DNA of 64,000 nt from Anaerolineales bacterium (GTDB lineage Bacteria; Chloroflexota; Anaerolineae; Anaerolineales; Villigracilaceae). Below, in pieces: positions 20,351 to 29,531 of the stretch. The translations under genes and the position numbers were made by a program. The stretch spans positions 27,007-91,006 of the forward strand of contig JAEURH010000002.1 of the NCBI GenBank assembly GCA_016789365.1, in the 5' to 3' direction. Within the stretch, counting starts at the first letter, position 1, and each line of letters opens with the position of its first letter. The notes beneath the pieces are model-generated. The model did no database searches, was not told where the DNA came from, and was given only the letters and a program-made list of their open reading frames with translations.

Positions 20351-21331
20351 ATGCAGACTAACTTTAGAGGACGCGATTTCATCGGTGATTTAGATTTCAC
20401 CAAAGAAGAAGTTGAAACAGTTTTAGATGTGGCATGGGATTTGAAACGCAAACGTGCATTGGGCGAACCTCATGCCTTGTTGCGTGACAAAACATTGGCT
20501 ATGCTTTTCTTTTTTACATCCACGCGCACACGCGGTTCGTTTGAAGCGGGCATGGCGCAGTTAGGTGGTCATGCCGCATTCATTGATAGTGAAACAACTC
20601 AAATTTCACATGGTGATACAGCCAAAGAAATCGGTGAAATTTTTGGACGTTATTTCGATGGCATTGCCATTCGTCAATGTGATTGGGATTTTGGCAACAA
20701 ATATATTAATGAAGTTGCCAAAGCCAGCCGCACACCAATTTTGAACATGCAATGTGATGTATATCATCCATTTCAATGCCTTGCAGATTTGATGACCATT
20801 CAAGAGAAAAAAGGTCGCGATTTGAAAAAGAAGAAAGTTGTTGTCTCTTGGGCGTATGCCGCATCTTATAGCAAACCGATTTCTGTTCCTCAATCTTTGA
20901 TTTTACAAATGACCCGCTTCGGTTGTGACGTCGTCTTGGCTCATCCACCTGAGTTTAAGTTAATGCCTGACATTATGCAACAAGCCAAAGACAATGCCAA
21001 AAAATATGGAGTTGGTTTTGACGTGACAGATAATATGGACGAAGCCTTCAAAGATGCAGATGTAGTTTATCCAAAATCATGGGGACCAATGCTCACAACA
21101 ACAGGCAAAGAAGAAGGCAAAGCCTTGATTGATAAATACAAATCATGGATTACCGATGAACGCCGCATGAAATTAACCAAAGAAGATTCTATTTACATGC
21201 ACTGTTTGCCAGCCGATAGAGGGCTCGAAGTCACTGACGGTGTGATTGATGGACCTCATTCCGTTGTATATGATGAAGCCGAAAACCGTTTACATGCTCA
21301 AAAGGCTGTGATGGCACTAACAATGTCATAA
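20351..21331 (+). CDS. ygeW: YgeW-like carbamoyltransferase (ATCase/OTCase family)
   Basis: STRTR, HPFQ and HCLPA, plus YgeW-type WAYAASYSKPISVPQ..MTRFG and DVVYPKSW. Confidence 0.8.
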   Translation: MQTNFRGRDFIGDLDFTKEEVETVLDVAWDLKRKRALGEPHALLRDKTLAMLFFFTSTRTRGSFEAGMAQLGGHAAFIDSETTQISHGDTAKEIGEIFGRYFDGIAIRQCDWDFGNKYINEVAKASRTPILNMQCDVYHPFQCLADLMTIQEKKGRDLKKKKVVVSWAYAASYSKPISVPQSLILQMTRFGCDVVLAHPPEFKLMPDIMQQAKDNAKKYGVGFDVTDNMDEAFKDADVVYPKSWGPMLTTTGKEEGKALIDKYKSWITDERRMKLTKEDSIYMHCLPADRGLEVTDGVIDGPHSVVYDEAENRLHAQKAVMALTMS

Positions 21332-21335
21332 ATTC

Positions 21336-21389
21336 GTAGGGGCGGGGTTTCCCCGCCCAATGTTTAGGGCGAGAGAACCTCGCCCCTAC
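21336..21389. repeat. GTAG-type REP doublet
   Basis: GTAGGGGCGGGGTTTCCCCGCCC-aatgttta-GGGCGAGAGAACCTCGCCCCTAC. Confidence 0.85.
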
Positions 21390-21406
21390 GTTTTGGAGAT
21401 TTATAA

Positions 21407-22357
21407 ATGACCAAACTCGCAGTCGTCGCCATTGGTGGCAATGCTTTGATAAAAGATGAAAAAAGAATCAGCGTCGAAGACCAAGAAGTTGCGCTTCGTG
21501 AAACATCTGTGCATTTGGCAGATATGATTGAAGCAGGCTGGAATCTTGCAATCGGACATGGAAATGGTCCGCAAGTGGGATTCATTTTGAGGCGTTCAGA
21601 AATCGCCGCAAAAGTGGAAGGCATGCACGAAGTTCCATTAGATGTATGCGGTGCAGATTCACAAGGTGCAATTGGTTATGAATTACAACAAGCCTTGCGA
21701 AATGAATTTTTCAAACGCAAGATAGATAAAAAAGCCGCCACGATTGTGACTCAAATGCTGGTTGATTCAAAAGACCCTGCTTTTCAAAAACCAAGCAAAC
21801 CAATTGGTTCATTCATGGATGAAGCCGAAGCAAAACGTCGTGAAAAGGAAATGAAATGGTCGGTAGTGGAAGATGCAGGCAGAGGCTGGCGAAGAGTTGT
21901 TGCGTCACCAATGCCAAAAGAAATTGTGGAGTTTGATTCAGTCAAATTGCTTTTAGATGCTGGTCAAGTTGTCATCACAGTGGGTGGTGGCGGAATTCCT
22001 GTAGTTGATAGAGGCGATGGCGAGTTGCAAGGTGTTGCGGCTGTGATTGATAAAGATTTTGCTTCATCATTGCTTGCTCAAAGACTCAAAGCAGATATGC
22101 TTTTGATTGCAACTGCTGTTGAAAAAGTAGCGATTAACTTTGGAAAACCGAATCAACAATGGTTAGATAAAATTACAGTTGCCGAAGCCAAAGCCTATTT
22201 AGAGGAAGGCATTCATTTTGCAAAAGGTTCAATGGCACCAAAAATTCAAGCCGCAATTTGGTATTTAGAAAACGGCGGCAAAGAAGCATTGATTACAAAT
22301 CCAGAAAATATTGGGCGTGCTTTGAAAAAAGAAACAGGTACTTGGATTGTCCCTTAA
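21407..22357 (+). CDS. arcC: Carbamate kinase
   Basis: VAIGGNAL, HGNGPQVG, KPIG, WRRVVASP, GGGGIPV, AVIDKD and GSMAPK. Confidence 0.96.
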   Translation: MTKLAVVAIGGNALIKDEKRISVEDQEVALRETSVHLADMIEAGWNLAIGHGNGPQVGFILRRSEIAAKVEGMHEVPLDVCGADSQGAIGYELQQALRNEFFKRKIDKKAATIVTQMLVDSKDPAFQKPSKPIGSFMDEAEAKRREKEMKWSVVEDAGRGWRRVVASPMPKEIVEFDSVKLLLDAGQVVITVGGGGIPVVDRGDGELQGVAAVIDKDFASSLLAQRLKADMLLIATAVEKVAINFGKPNQQWLDKITVAEAKAYLEEGIHFAKGSMAPKIQAAIWYLENGGKEALITNPENIGRALKKETGTWIVP

Positions 22358-22359
22358 AC

Positions 22360-22386
22360 GTAGGGGCGAGGTCACCTCGCCCCTAC
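22360..22386. repeat. GTAG-type REP palindrome
   Basis: GTAGGGGCGAGG-TCA-CCTCGCCCCTAC. Confidence 0.85.
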
Positions 22387-22395
22387 AATTAATAT

Positions 22396-24411
22396 ATGAA
22401 AAACTTTACTGAAAAAATAAATAATATAAAACTTACAACAAAAACCACACCGTTGTTTTTACTTTTCATATCCGCATTAGTGTACGGATTATTTTTCTGG
22501 CAACGCGGATTTTATTGGGATGAATTTCCGTGGATGTGGACGTATTTCCAACTCGGTTCGGAAATGCTCACAAAAACATTTTCAACCAGCCGTCCATTTT
22601 GGGGCATGATTTATCAAATCACCATACCCATCGTTGGGGCAAATCCATGGGCTTGGCAATTGCTTGCAATCATCTTACGTTGGCTGACCGCATTTTTGTT
22701 ATGGAAAATTTTATGCACGTTATATCCCAAACATGAAAAACAAAATTTATGGGCGAGTTTATTTTTTCTTGTCTATCCAGGCATGGGGCAACACTTCATT
22801 GCATTTATGTATAGCCATTTTTATATTGTGCTGTCTGCATTTTTATTTTCGCTATATCTTTCTTTGCTTGCAATAAAATCTGAAAAATATCGTATTCCAT
22901 TGTTTATCTCTTCTTACTTTTTTGCATTCGTCAATTTGATAACGATGGAATATTTTTATTTTCTTGAATTTGCTAGATTGATTATCTTTTATCAATTTTT
23001 ATCTGGAGATATAAAACGACGCCTCATTTCGACCTTCAAATTGTTTCTGCCATACTTCGGCATTTTTCTTGGCGTGACCATTTGGCGCGCGTTCTTCTTC
23101 ACTTATCAAAATGCAAGTTACGAGTATGTTTTGCTTGATGCCATTCGAGAAAACTTTTTCTCTGGTATTTTATTGCTCATCAATAATGTCTTATTAAGTT
23201 TCTGGCGGACGGTCTTTCAAGCATGGCTCAATCCATTTTATGATATTGGATTAACAGGTTTTGGTCCGCTTACACTTTCGTTAATGATTATTTTATTAAT
23301 CGTGACGATTTTTTTAGTTGGTATTTATCTCTTTAAATTCAAAACAGAAAATTCAAATGATAAAGAATTTACCCAATCTGCTGGCTGGCTTGGATTAATC
23401 TTCTGGGGGCTTTCAGGTGGTGCAGTATGGGTGAGCGGCAACATGCCACAATTCAACTTTTCAATGGATAGATTCATGCTTCCATTTATGTTGGGGTCGA
23501 GTATTTTGTTAGCCAGCATGATTGCATTGATTAAGAATCAAAGAACACAAATGATTCTTGTGGCATTGCTTATTGGCTTTGCTGGAAGCAGACATTTTCA
23601 ACTAGAAGATATTTACAGACGAGATTGGCATACGCAACAACAATTATTCTGGCAAATGACTGAACGGATTCCTAATTTTGAAAAAGGGACAATTCTTCTC
23701 GCCAATGATTTTCCCGTCACCTATTTTTCAGATAACTCTTTAACAGGTCCACTTAATTGGATTTATTCTCCGCCAGGTGATATGAACTTGATGCTATATT
23801 TTGCTTCATTTCGCGTTGGCAAAACTTTACCAAGCGTGGAACCTGGTCAACCACATCAGTTGTATTATATTGGTCCTACATTTTATGGGAATACAACCAA
23901 TATCCTTGCTGTATATTTTGAACCGCCAAAATGCTTCCGCGTGTTAGACCCAGAAGTGGAAGAAAATAATCGTTTGCTTCCGCCAGCGTTAAGAGACGTT
24001 GCTAAATATACAAATCAAAATGTGATTTTGTTTGAGAAAGCCTATCAATTGCCAAGTCAATTTTATGGAACGCAGCCAGAAAAAGATTGGTGTTACTATT
24101 TTTCTCAAGCTGAATTAGCCCGACAGAAAAAAGATTGGGAAAGTGTCGTTAACATTGCTGAACAAGCCTTTGCATTAGGTGACACCCCCAATGACCCTGT
24201 CGAAAGATTTGTCTATATCGAAGGATATGCTCATGTTAACAATTGGGAAAAAGCGGTAAAATTATCAAAAGAGAGTTATCAGGTTTCAAAAAATTATGTT
24301 GGTCCGATGTTGTGTAAGTTGTGGAGCAGAATTGAAAGAGAAACCGAAAGCTCGTTGGAACAGCAAGCAACTATCAGTCAGGTGAGAAGCGAGTTCGGTT
24401 GTTCACCCTAA
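22396..24411 (+). CDS. Multi-pass membrane protein, probable GT-C glycosyltransferase, with C-terminal helical repeats
   Basis: GFYWDE acidic motif after TM1, an RP motif, about 12 TM and a large extracytoplasmic C-terminal domain. Confidence 0.65.
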   Translation: MKNFTEKINNIKLTTKTTPLFLLFISALVYGLFFWQRGFYWDEFPWMWTYFQLGSEMLTKTFSTSRPFWGMIYQITIPIVGANPWAWQLLAIILRWLTAFLLWKILCTLYPKHEKQNLWASLFFLVYPGMGQHFIAFMYSHFYIVLSAFLFSLYLSLLAIKSEKYRIPLFISSYFFAFVNLITMEYFYFLEFARLIIFYQFLSGDIKRRLISTFKLFLPYFGIFLGVTIWRAFFFTYQNASYEYVLLDAIRENFFSGILLLINNVLLSFWRTVFQAWLNPFYDIGLTGFGPLTLSLMIILLIVTIFLVGIYLFKFKTENSNDKEFTQSAGWLGLIFWGLSGGAVWVSGNMPQFNFSMDRFMLPFMLGSSILLASMIALIKNQRTQMILVALLIGFAGSRHFQLEDIYRRDWHTQQQLFWQMTERIPNFEKGTILLANDFPVTYFSDNSLTGPLNWIYSPPGDMNLMLYFASFRVGKTLPSVEPGQPHQLYYIGPTFYGNTTNILAVYFEPPKCFRVLDPEVEENNRLLPPALRDVAKYTNQNVILFEKAYQLPSQFYGTQPEKDWCYYFSQAELARQKKDWESVVNIAEQAFALGDTPNDPVERFVYIEGYAHVNNWEKAVKLSKESYQVSKNYVGPMLCKLWSRIERETESSLEQQATISQVRSEFGCSP

Positions 24412-24428
24412 TGGGTAATGTGCATTTC

Positions 24429-24469
24429 TTCACAAAATAATTTCTTCTGATAAAATCGTTTAGACAACT
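24429..24469 (+). promoter_or_regulatory. Predicted promoter and operator upstream of the BMP ABC transporter
   Basis: TTCACA (24429-24434), 16-nt spacer ending TGa, TAAAAT (24451-24456), then GTTTAGACAACT (GT-n-TA-n-AC, HutC-type core). Confidence 0.5.
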
Positions 24470-24539
24470 GAAAGGAGGCATCGGAAAGTTATTGGCTCTA
24501 CCAGTATTGTCCAAAATCATTTTCAATAGGAGAAGAAAA

Positions 24540-25799
24540 ATGAGAAAGAATTTTGCTCGACTTGTAAGTTTGTTATTCGTTTTTGTGCTTGCGCTTTCGG
24601 CATGTGGCACACCTGCCACAGAAGCACCACCCGCTGAAACCGAAGCACCTGCTACTGACGCACCTGCTACCGAAGCCGCCACCGAAGCACCCGCTGAACC
24701 GTTTGTGTTTGGTATGTTGTTGGTGGGTCCTTATAATGATGGTGGCTGGAGCCAAGCCCACTATGAAGCCGGCCAATATGTAGAAGAAAAAACTGGCGCG
24801 AAGATGATTTACCTTGATAAGGTAAACCCAGCCGACCGCCCCGGCACTACACCAGACCAATTGGCTGAAGAATTGGTTGCACAAGGCGCGAAGTTGGTCA
24901 TTTTCAATTCTGATGATATGAAAGATGCTTCGACCACTTTTGCAAAAGCCAACCCTGATGTGTTTGTGATTATGGCATCTGGCGACCAAGTTTGGCCCGA
25001 TGGCAAAGCCTATGAAGAAATTCCAAATTTGATGAATATTATGGGGCGCATGGAATACGGCAAGATGATTGCTGGCTGTGCCGCCGCGCTTTCTTCTACC
25101 ACTGGCAAGATTGGTTATTTGGGACCATTGATTAATGATGAAACCCGCCGCTTAACCGCTTCTGCTTATTTGGGCGCGAAGTATTGCCATGAAAAAGCCG
25201 CTAAGACAACTGATTTGGAATTCAAAGTTACTTGGATTGGTTTCTGGTTCCACATTCCTGGTTTTACTACCGACCCTGTGGATGTCTCTAAAGATTTTTA
25301 CACCACTGGTTTTGATGTGGTCATCTCTGGGATTGATAACTCTGTCAACTTGCCAGAAGCCCAAAAATTAACGGCTGAGGGAACACCTTCTTTGGCTGTG
25401 GCGTACGATTACATCAACGCTTGCGATGTTGCCCCAGAAGTTTGTTTAGGCGTTCCGTTCTTCAACTGGGGACCTGATTATCTTGCCGCGATTCAATCTG
25501 CCGCAGATGGTTCTTGGGAATCACAATTTATTTGGTCTGGACCAGATTGGACTGACCTCAACAACCATGATACTTCTGCGATTGGTTTCGTCAAAGGCGA
25601 TGCTCTCAGTGCTGAAAACGCCGCCATTTTAGATGAGTTCATCGCTGAGTTAGCTGGTGGATTAGATTTGTGGACGGGTCCAATCAACTTGCAAGATGGA
25701 ACACCGTATCTTGCCGACGGGGAAGTTGCTTCTGACCAACAAGTTTGGTACTTGCCCCAACTGCTAGAAGGCATGCAAGGCTTGAGCGCGTCTGAATAA
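24540..25799 (+). CDS. BMP-family ABC transporter substrate-binding lipoprotein (nucleoside/purine)
   Basis: Lipobox ALSAC, an Ala/Pro/Thr/Glu linker, GPYNDGGWSQAHYEA and FNWGP; ATG at 24540 preceded by AGGAG. Confidence 0.88.
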   Translation: MRKNFARLVSLLFVFVLALSACGTPATEAPPAETEAPATDAPATEAATEAPAEPFVFGMLLVGPYNDGGWSQAHYEAGQYVEEKTGAKMIYLDKVNPADRPGTTPDQLAEELVAQGAKLVIFNSDDMKDASTTFAKANPDVFVIMASGDQVWPDGKAYEEIPNLMNIMGRMEYGKMIAGCAAALSSTTGKIGYLGPLINDETRRLTASAYLGAKYCHEKAAKTTDLEFKVTWIGFWFHIPGFTTDPVDVSKDFYTTGFDVVISGIDNSVNLPEAQKLTAEGTPSLAVAYDYINACDVAPEVCLGVPFFNWGPDYLAAIQSAADGSWESQFIWSGPDWTDLNNHDTSAIGFVKGDALSAENAAILDEFIAELAGGLDLWTGPINLQDGTPYLADGEVASDQQVWYLPQLLEGMQGLSASE

Positions 25800-25814
25800 G
25801 ATTTGATTTTTCTT

Positions 25815-25840
25815 GTAGGGGCGAGGTCACTCGCCCCTAC
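25815..25840. repeat. GTAG-type REP palindrome followed by a T-run (possible terminator)
   Basis: GTAGGGGCGAG-GTCA-CTCGCCCCTAC then ATTTTTTT; two further hairpins at about 25861-25877 and 25896-25916. Confidence 0.8.
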
Positions 25841-25944
25841 ATTTTTTTATTATGCTTAAAGGCGGTCTGTGACCGCCGTGTTTTATAATTTTATTCACAG
25901 GGTCATAGACCCTGTGAGAGCATGAAATTAAGGAATCACTGCCT

Positions 25945-27435
25945 ATGAATGTTGAATTCAAAAACGTAAACAAGCATTTCGGAAACGTTCACGCCAATAA
26001 AAATATTAATCTTACGATTCCATCAGGCAGTATTCAAGGAATTTTAGGTGAAAACGGCGCGGGCAAAAGCACGTTAATGAAAGTTTTATCGGGGTTTATT
26101 CATGCTGATTCAGGCAGTGAAATTCTTTTAGATGGTAAATCTGTCATCATGAACTCACCAGCCGATGCCATAAAACATGGCATTGGCATGTTGCATCAAG
26201 ACCCGTTAGATTTCCCGCCCATGAAAATTTTAGATAACTTTTTATTGGGTATGCCGAGTAGTTTTTTTCCAAACAGAAAAGAAGCCACGCAAGATTTTAA
26301 TTTACTTGCAACAGAATATGGCTTTTCGCTAGACCCTGAAAATTACGTCGATTCATTAACGGTGGGGGAACGGCAACAACTTGAAATTATGCGCTTGTTA
26401 TTTTTAGGCGTGCGCTTGTTTATTTTAGATGAACCCACTACAGGCATTAGCACTGCCCAAAAAGAAAAATTATTTGCTACGTTAAGAAAATTCCCCGAAC
26501 AAGCCATGACCGTTATTTTTGTGTCGCATAAATTAGAAGATGTTGAAAGTTTATGTGACCGTGTGGCAGTACTACGCGCTGGAGAATTAGTCGGTGAATT
26601 AACGCCACCGTATCAAACCAAAAAATTTGTTGAAATGATGTTTGGTAAAGAAGTGACATTAGGCGAAAGACAATCTGCGCCAGTTGGTGAGACGGTTCTT
26701 TCACTCAATGATGTTTCATTAGAAGATGCTCGCTTGAAAATAAAAAATATCAATGTAGAAATTCGTGAAGGCGAAGTGATAGGCTTGGCGGGCATGGAAG
26801 GTTCTGGACAAAATTTATTTATGCGAGCATGTGCGGGTTTAGTCCGCCCTGTGGGGGGCAAAATACAACTCAAAGGTCAAGATTTAAGCGGAAAGTCATA
26901 TCATGTTTTCAAAAAGAACGGAGTCAGCTTTCTACCTGCCGCGAGATTAGAAGAGGCGTTAGTGCCAGGTTTGACGTTGACCGACCATTTTGTATTAGCG
27001 GAAGAACCGCGTGGCATTTTTATTGACCGTGTTGCTGGTCAAACGTTAGCAGAAGAAAGAATCAAATCTTTTAACATTCGAGGCGCGCCACTTAGTCCAG
27101 TTGAATCTCTTTCGGGTGGGAATCAACAACGCGCTGAATTAGCGTTATTGCAAAATCCGCTTTCATTAATTTTGCTTGAACATCCCACACGCGGTTTGGA
27201 TATTGAATCGGTGATTTATATTTGGGGCAAATTAAAAGAAAGATGTAAACAAAACGCTTCGATTATTTTTATGTCGTCAGACCTTGAAGAAATTTTACAA
27301 TACAGCGACCGTGTGTTGGTTTTCTTTAGCGGCAAAATTTCACAACCTATGAATGCGAATAAAACCAGCGTTGAAGAACTCGGTGAGTTAATCGGCGGCA
27401 AAGGCTGGGCAGAGATAGGAGGCGAACATGCTTAA
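25945..27435 (+). CDS. Nucleoside/sugar (CUT2-type) ABC transporter ATP-binding protein
   Basis: GENGAGKST, LDEPT, LSGGNQQ and PTRGLD; two ABC domains. Confidence 0.93.
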   Translation: MNVEFKNVNKHFGNVHANKNINLTIPSGSIQGILGENGAGKSTLMKVLSGFIHADSGSEILLDGKSVIMNSPADAIKHGIGMLHQDPLDFPPMKILDNFLLGMPSSFFPNRKEATQDFNLLATEYGFSLDPENYVDSLTVGERQQLEIMRLLFLGVRLFILDEPTTGISTAQKEKLFATLRKFPEQAMTVIFVSHKLEDVESLCDRVAVLRAGELVGELTPPYQTKKFVEMMFGKEVTLGERQSAPVGETVLSLNDVSLEDARLKIKNINVEIREGEVIGLAGMEGSGQNLFMRACAGLVRPVGGKIQLKGQDLSGKSYHVFKKNGVSFLPAARLEEALVPGLTLTDHFVLAEEPRGIFIDRVAGQTLAEERIKSFNIRGAPLSPVESLSGGNQQRAELALLQNPLSLILLEHPTRGLDIESVIYIWGKLKERCKQNASIIFMSSDLEEILQYSDRVLVFFSGKISQPMNANKTSVEELGELIGGKGWAEIGGEHA

Positions 27436-28474
27436 GAGTCGTTTTAGCGGTTTGTTATTTCAAATCATTGCACTGGCTTTATCTTTTGGTGTTGTATCAT
27501 TGATATTGATTTCGATAGATGCTTCGCCAACTGAAGCCTTTAGAAATATGTTCAAAGGTTCGTTTGGCGAAATGCGAAAATTTGCCGAAGTGCTTGTTGC
27601 TTTTGTGCCATTATTGTTAGTAACGGCTGGTTTGCTGGTTACATTTTCAGCAGGGTTATGGAACATCGGTGTAGAAGGTCAAGTAGTGTTAGGTGCAATA
27701 GCAACAACTTGGGTCTATCGTTATTTTCTTGAAAGCGATTTACCACCAGCACTCATCATCACATTAGCAATTTTCGGCGGCATGATAGGCGGCGCAATTT
27801 GGGCGGCGTTCACAGGCATCTTAAAAGTATTCGGTGGTGTGAACGAAATCTTTGGCGGGCTAGGCTTGAATTTTGTTGCTACAGCCTTAACCATTTATCT
27901 CATCTTCGGTCCATGGAAGCGACCAGGTGTTGCCTCCATGAGTGGCACAGTTCCATTCCCCGATGAATTTTCATTACCACTACTTGCAAACCTTCGCATC
28001 AGCCCGTGGGCGTTAGGTATCGCGCTGATAGCAATCATCATTGTCTTTTTTCTATTGCAAGGCACATACTTTGGTTTGAAGTTAAAAGCAGTGGGCAAAA
28101 ACTTCCGCGCGGCATATTTGCTCGGCATCCCCACTTGGCAATACGCGATGTATTCCTTTTTGATTTGTGGTGCGCTGGCAGGATTGGCTGGCGCGATGCA
28201 AGTTGCCGCTGTGTATCACCGCCTCATTCCCTCGATTTCAAGTGGGTACGGCTACCTCGGCTTGATGGTTGCCATGCTAATTAATTATCAAGCCATTTGG
28301 GCGATTCCTGTGGCATTGTTCTTTGCCGCCTTGAACATCGGCAGTATTCAATTGCCCATTGTGATGAAATTAGATTCATCACTTTCAGGTGTTTTGCAGG
28401 GTGTGTTGGTGTTGTTCGCGTTGTTAGTTGAAGGTGCGCGTCAAAAATTTATTAAGAAGGGGCAAAACACATGA
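27428..28474 (+). CDS. Nucleoside ABC transporter permease
   Basis: GLWNIGVEGQ, GVNEI and GYGYLGLMVA. Confidence 0.92.
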   Translation: MLKSRFSGLLFQIIALALSFGVVSLILISIDASPTEAFRNMFKGSFGEMRKFAEVLVAFVPLLLVTAGLLVTFSAGLWNIGVEGQVVLGAIATTWVYRYFLESDLPPALIITLAIFGGMIGGAIWAAFTGILKVFGGVNEIFGGLGLNFVATALTIYLIFGPWKRPGVASMSGTVPFPDEFSLPLLANLRISPWALGIALIAIIIVFFLLQGTYFGLKLKAVGKNFRAAYLLGIPTWQYAMYSFLICGALAGLAGAMQVAAVYHRLIPSISSGYGYLGLMVAMLINYQAIWAIPVALFFAALNIGSIQLPIVMKLDSSLSGVLQGVLVLFALLVEGARQKFIKKGQNT

Positions 28475-29469
28475 CGCAAGAGACAATCCTCATTGGCTTA
28501 GCAGGCATCCTTGCCGCTTCTGCTCCGATTGTATTTGCCGTATTAGGTGAAACATTATCTGAACGCGCTGGCGTGATTAACCTTTCAATGAACGGCACAA
28601 TTTTGTTATCTGCCATGGGTGGCTTTGCAGTTGCTTACACTACAAACAATATTGTGCTTGGATTTTTAGCAGGTATGCTCATTGGCGCACTAGTTGCATT
28701 GATTGTTGCTTTTGCTAGCATCACATTGAATCAATCTCAAGTGGCTGTCGGATTTGTCCTTGCATTAACCTGCCGAGACCTTTCTTATTTTCTGGGTAAT
28801 CCATACATGGGCGTGCCAGGTCCGCGTTTGCAAGCCATTCCAATTCCAGTATTAAGCGATATTCCAATTCTTGGCGCGTTATTCTTTCGGCAAGATGCAA
28901 TTACTTATACCAGTTTTATGGCTATCATCCTCACATGGGTTTGGATTTATCGCACACGCCCTGGGTTAATGTTACAAGGCATCGGCGAAAAACCTGCCGC
29001 CGCGTACATCCGCGGCGCCAACGTTAATTTGATGCGTTATGTTTACACAGTCATCGGCGGCGCATTGATTGGCTTAGCAGGTCCCGCTTTCTCTTTGGCT
29101 TCACGCGCTGGTTGGATGGGGACAATCTCAGGTTTAGATGGCTTCGGTTGGATTGCATTATCCATCACCATTTTTGGCGGATGGAATCCTGCTCGCGCCG
29201 CTTTTGGTGCATACTTATTTGGCTTCTTGCAATGGTTAGGCTTGGTGCTACAACCTGTATTGACTCAAGTGCCATCACAAGTTTTGCAAGTGGCTCCATT
29301 CCCATTGATGATATTAACTTTATTATTAGTCAACATTGGCAATGCTGAATGGGTTGAAAGAACACTTGCCGCCATGCCTGAATCAACCAGAAAATTCTTT
29401 GCAAAATTATTACGTGCTATGCGCGCTTCTCCACCCGCCGCATTGGGCGTACCTTTTGAGAGGGATTAA
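28471..29469 (+). CDS. Nucleoside ABC transporter permease
   Basis: GETLSERAGVINL, G.GWIAL..FGGW.P and PAALG. Confidence 0.92.
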   Translation: MTQETILIGLAGILAASAPIVFAVLGETLSERAGVINLSMNGTILLSAMGGFAVAYTTNNIVLGFLAGMLIGALVALIVAFASITLNQSQVAVGFVLALTCRDLSYFLGNPYMGVPGPRLQAIPIPVLSDIPILGALFFRQDAITYTSFMAIILTWVWIYRTRPGLMLQGIGEKPAAAYIRGANVNLMRYVYTVIGGALIGLAGPAFSLASRAGWMGTISGLDGFGWIALSITIFGGWNPARAAFGAYLFGFLQWLGLVLQPVLTQVPSQVLQVAPFPLMILTLLLVNIGNAEWVERTLAAMPESTRKFFAKLLRAMRASPPAALGVPFERD

Positions 29470-29474
29470 TAAAT

Positions 29475-29507
29475 AAAATTCCGAAGTTCATAAAACTTCG
29501 GAATTTT
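29475..29507. terminator. Hairpin after the ABC operon (terminator-like)
   Basis: AAAATTCCGAAGTT-CATAA-AACTTCGGAATTTT. Confidence 0.6.
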
Positions 29508-29531
29508 TATATCTGATAAAATTACTCGGAT

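Noticed and set aside
20351-21331. Ordinary argF/arcB ornithine carbamoyltransferase
   Set aside because: It lacks the SMG ornithine-binding motif, has YgeW-type segments and sits next to ygeY; no arginine deiminase is present.
21336-22386. REP palindromes as integron attC sites
   Set aside because: No RYYYAAC/GTTRRRY core ends, and they flank a core metabolic gene.
24610-24700. Repeats of GCACCTGCTAC/ACCGAAGC-like units
   Set aside because: They encode the Ala/Pro/Thr/Glu linker of the BMP lipoprotein, i.e. protein-level low complexity.
25801-25944. Riboswitch or ncRNA between the BMP and ATPase genes
   Set aside because: Three simple hairpins only; I could not recognise a purine or other riboswitch consensus. 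An Rfam scan would settle it.
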